Origin: Nitrososphaerales archaeon
GTDB taxonomy: Archaea > Thermoproteota > Nitrososphaeria > Nitrososphaerales > CADDZS01
Assembly (NCBI GenBank): GCA_030041355.1
Contig: JASHNZ010000011.1
Span: forward strand, 97,165-161,164
DNA length: 64,000 bases
Direction: 5' to 3'
A program made the translations under genes and the position numbers. Shown in pieces: positions 62,817 to 64,000 of the stretch. Positions within the stretch are counted from its first letter, which is position 1. Each line of letters begins with the position of its first letter. The notes under the pieces were generated by a model. That model was not told the origin of the DNA. It saw only the letters and a program-made list of their open reading frames with translations, and ran no database searches.

Positions 62817-64000
62817 ATGTTTCTGGCTCTGTTGTTGAGCATTGCATTCAGTTTAGCAGTGGGCATTTATGCAGCGAGAAACAAGAGGGCGGAGACAGTA
62901 ATCATCCCTTTACTCGATGTGTTTCAGTCGATTCCGATTCTAGGATTCTTTCCTTTTGTTATCTATGCTGTAGTAGCCGTTTTGCCTGGGCAACCGGGTA
63001 TCAACTTGGCTATCATAATTCTCATTTTTACTAGCATGTCGTGGAACATTACTTTTGGGGTTTATGAGGCTGTTAGATCAATCCCCCAGGATTACATAGA
63101 TCTTTCTCAAATCTCGGGTTCATCGTCTTGGGAGAGGATCACCTCAATCTATATTCCTGCTTCGCTGAACAGGATCGCGTACAACACTCAAACCTCTTGG
63201 GCCGTTGGACTTTTCTACCTTATCTCAAGTGAGATTATCAGTCTAGGCAATGCAAATTTCAAGGCGAGTTATGGGATAGGCGTTGCAATAAGTCAGTATG
63301 CTTCTTCTCCCTCTACGTTTAACGAATACATCTATAGTATAATTGGACTCGTCATCGCAGTTATCATTTGGCAATTCGTTTTTCTGCGCGAATTCTCACT
63401 TTGGTCGGAGAAGTACAAGTTTGTAGAAGAACCTAGGGGTACGAAAAAAGATTATCTTCTTCGATTCTATTCGTGGGTAAATCAGCGAAGCGTATCAAAA
63501 CTCTTCTTAATCACTCACGGAAAAGGCGTGTCGAGATTCACCTCGTCGGTATCTAGATTCAAAAGAGGATTCAAGTATGCAACCTTGATCTTAGTTTTGG
63601 TCTTCGCAGTTTTCGAAGTTGGGGCTCTTGTCTTTACTCATCACACGAGTATCGCAAGTCTCCCGGCCGCGGGAACAATACTCAGCTCCGAAGCGACTGT
63701 GTTAGTTGCTTTAGCGTATTCCTTCGTAAGGATTTGGTATGTGTTTTTCATTGTTGTGGCCGTTGCAGTGCCAGCTGGAATCGCAATCGGATTACGAATG
63801 AGACTTTACAATATTGCCGTGCCTGGTTTGGAGGTTATTGCCTCGATCCCGGCACCTGCTCTACTTCCGCTATTTGTCCAGGACATAACTCACAACGGCG
63901 AAGCAATTGCTGCAATCGTGATATTTTTGGGAATGTTTTGGTATGTAATTTTCAATGTGATGGCGGGAATCAGGAGTCTACCCATAGAAATTTTCGAGCT
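62817..64000 (+). CDS. ABC-transporter permease (binding-protein-dependent inner-membrane component), 3'-truncated by window edge
   Basis: My own translation from ATG 62817 stays open to the window end. It is multi-TM with an EAA-like loop region and looks like a duplicated permease domain. Confidence 0.55.
   Translation, partial: MFLALLLSIAFSLAVGIYAARNKRAETVIIPLLDVFQSIPILGFFPFVIYAVVAVLPGQPGINLAIIILIFTSMSWNITFGVYEAVRSIPQDYIDLSQISGSSSWERITSIYIPASLNRIAYNTQTSWAVGLFYLISSEIISLGNANFKASYGIGVAISQYASSPSTFNEYIYSIIGLVIAVIIWQFVFLREFSLWSEKYKFVEEPRGTKKDYLLRFYSWVNQRSVSKLFLITHGKGVSRFTSSVSRFKRGFKYATLILVLVFAVFEVGALVFTHHTSIASLPAAGTILSSEATVLVALAYSFVRIWYVFFIVVAVAVPAGIAIGLRMRLYNIAVPGLEVIASIPAPALLPLFVQDITHNGEAIAAIVIFLGMFWYVIFNVMAGIRSLPIEIFE

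Overview
This window looks like an archaeal chromosome segment of about 64 kb with moderate GC and dense coding on both strands. From left to right it holds the 3' end of an MCM gene, a Hel308/Hjm helicase, the RtcB RNA ligase, a pyrI with no adjacent pyrB, an RNase HI, and a translationally coupled TldD/PmbA pair. The 2-oxoacid dehydrogenase complex genes are dispersed: E1alpha sits alone, E2 follows a gamma-carbonic-anhydrase-like gene, and E3 sits beside LipB. A peptide and amino-acid catabolism cluster follows, with one M29 and two M20 peptidases, a cyclase and class I aminotransferases. Further right are a thiamine-regulator-like HTH+ThiN gene divergent from a PurM-like gene, an AN1-zinc-finger/site-2-protease fusion, a thioredoxin and a 792-aa flotillin-like protein. 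The archaeal-type mevalonate pathway trio (UbiD-family decarboxylase plus AcnX large and small subunits) comes next, then an MBL hydrolase / 2-hydroxyacid dehydrogenase / TPP-enzyme operon. An operon follows containing an Asn-synthase-like PP-loop protein, a bifunctional formiminotransferase-cyclodeaminase, a degenerate EF-Tu-like pseudo-GTPase and IscA. A decayed transposase fragment lies next to a glycoside hydrolase. A 16S-23S rRNA operon has no spacer tRNA and no 5S, and its flanking processing stems are visible. The most striking observation is that the 23S gene is interrupted by an ORF-less insertion of about 362 nt, splitting the otherwise contiguous peptidyl-transferase-loop sequence GGUACCUC|GAUGUCGGCUC. 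This looks like an archaeal-type rRNA intron, and the RtcB ligase that joins such exons is encoded in the same window. I found no CRISPR array and no tRNA gene. All calls rest on reading the translated ORFs and the sequence by eye; no database search was run.
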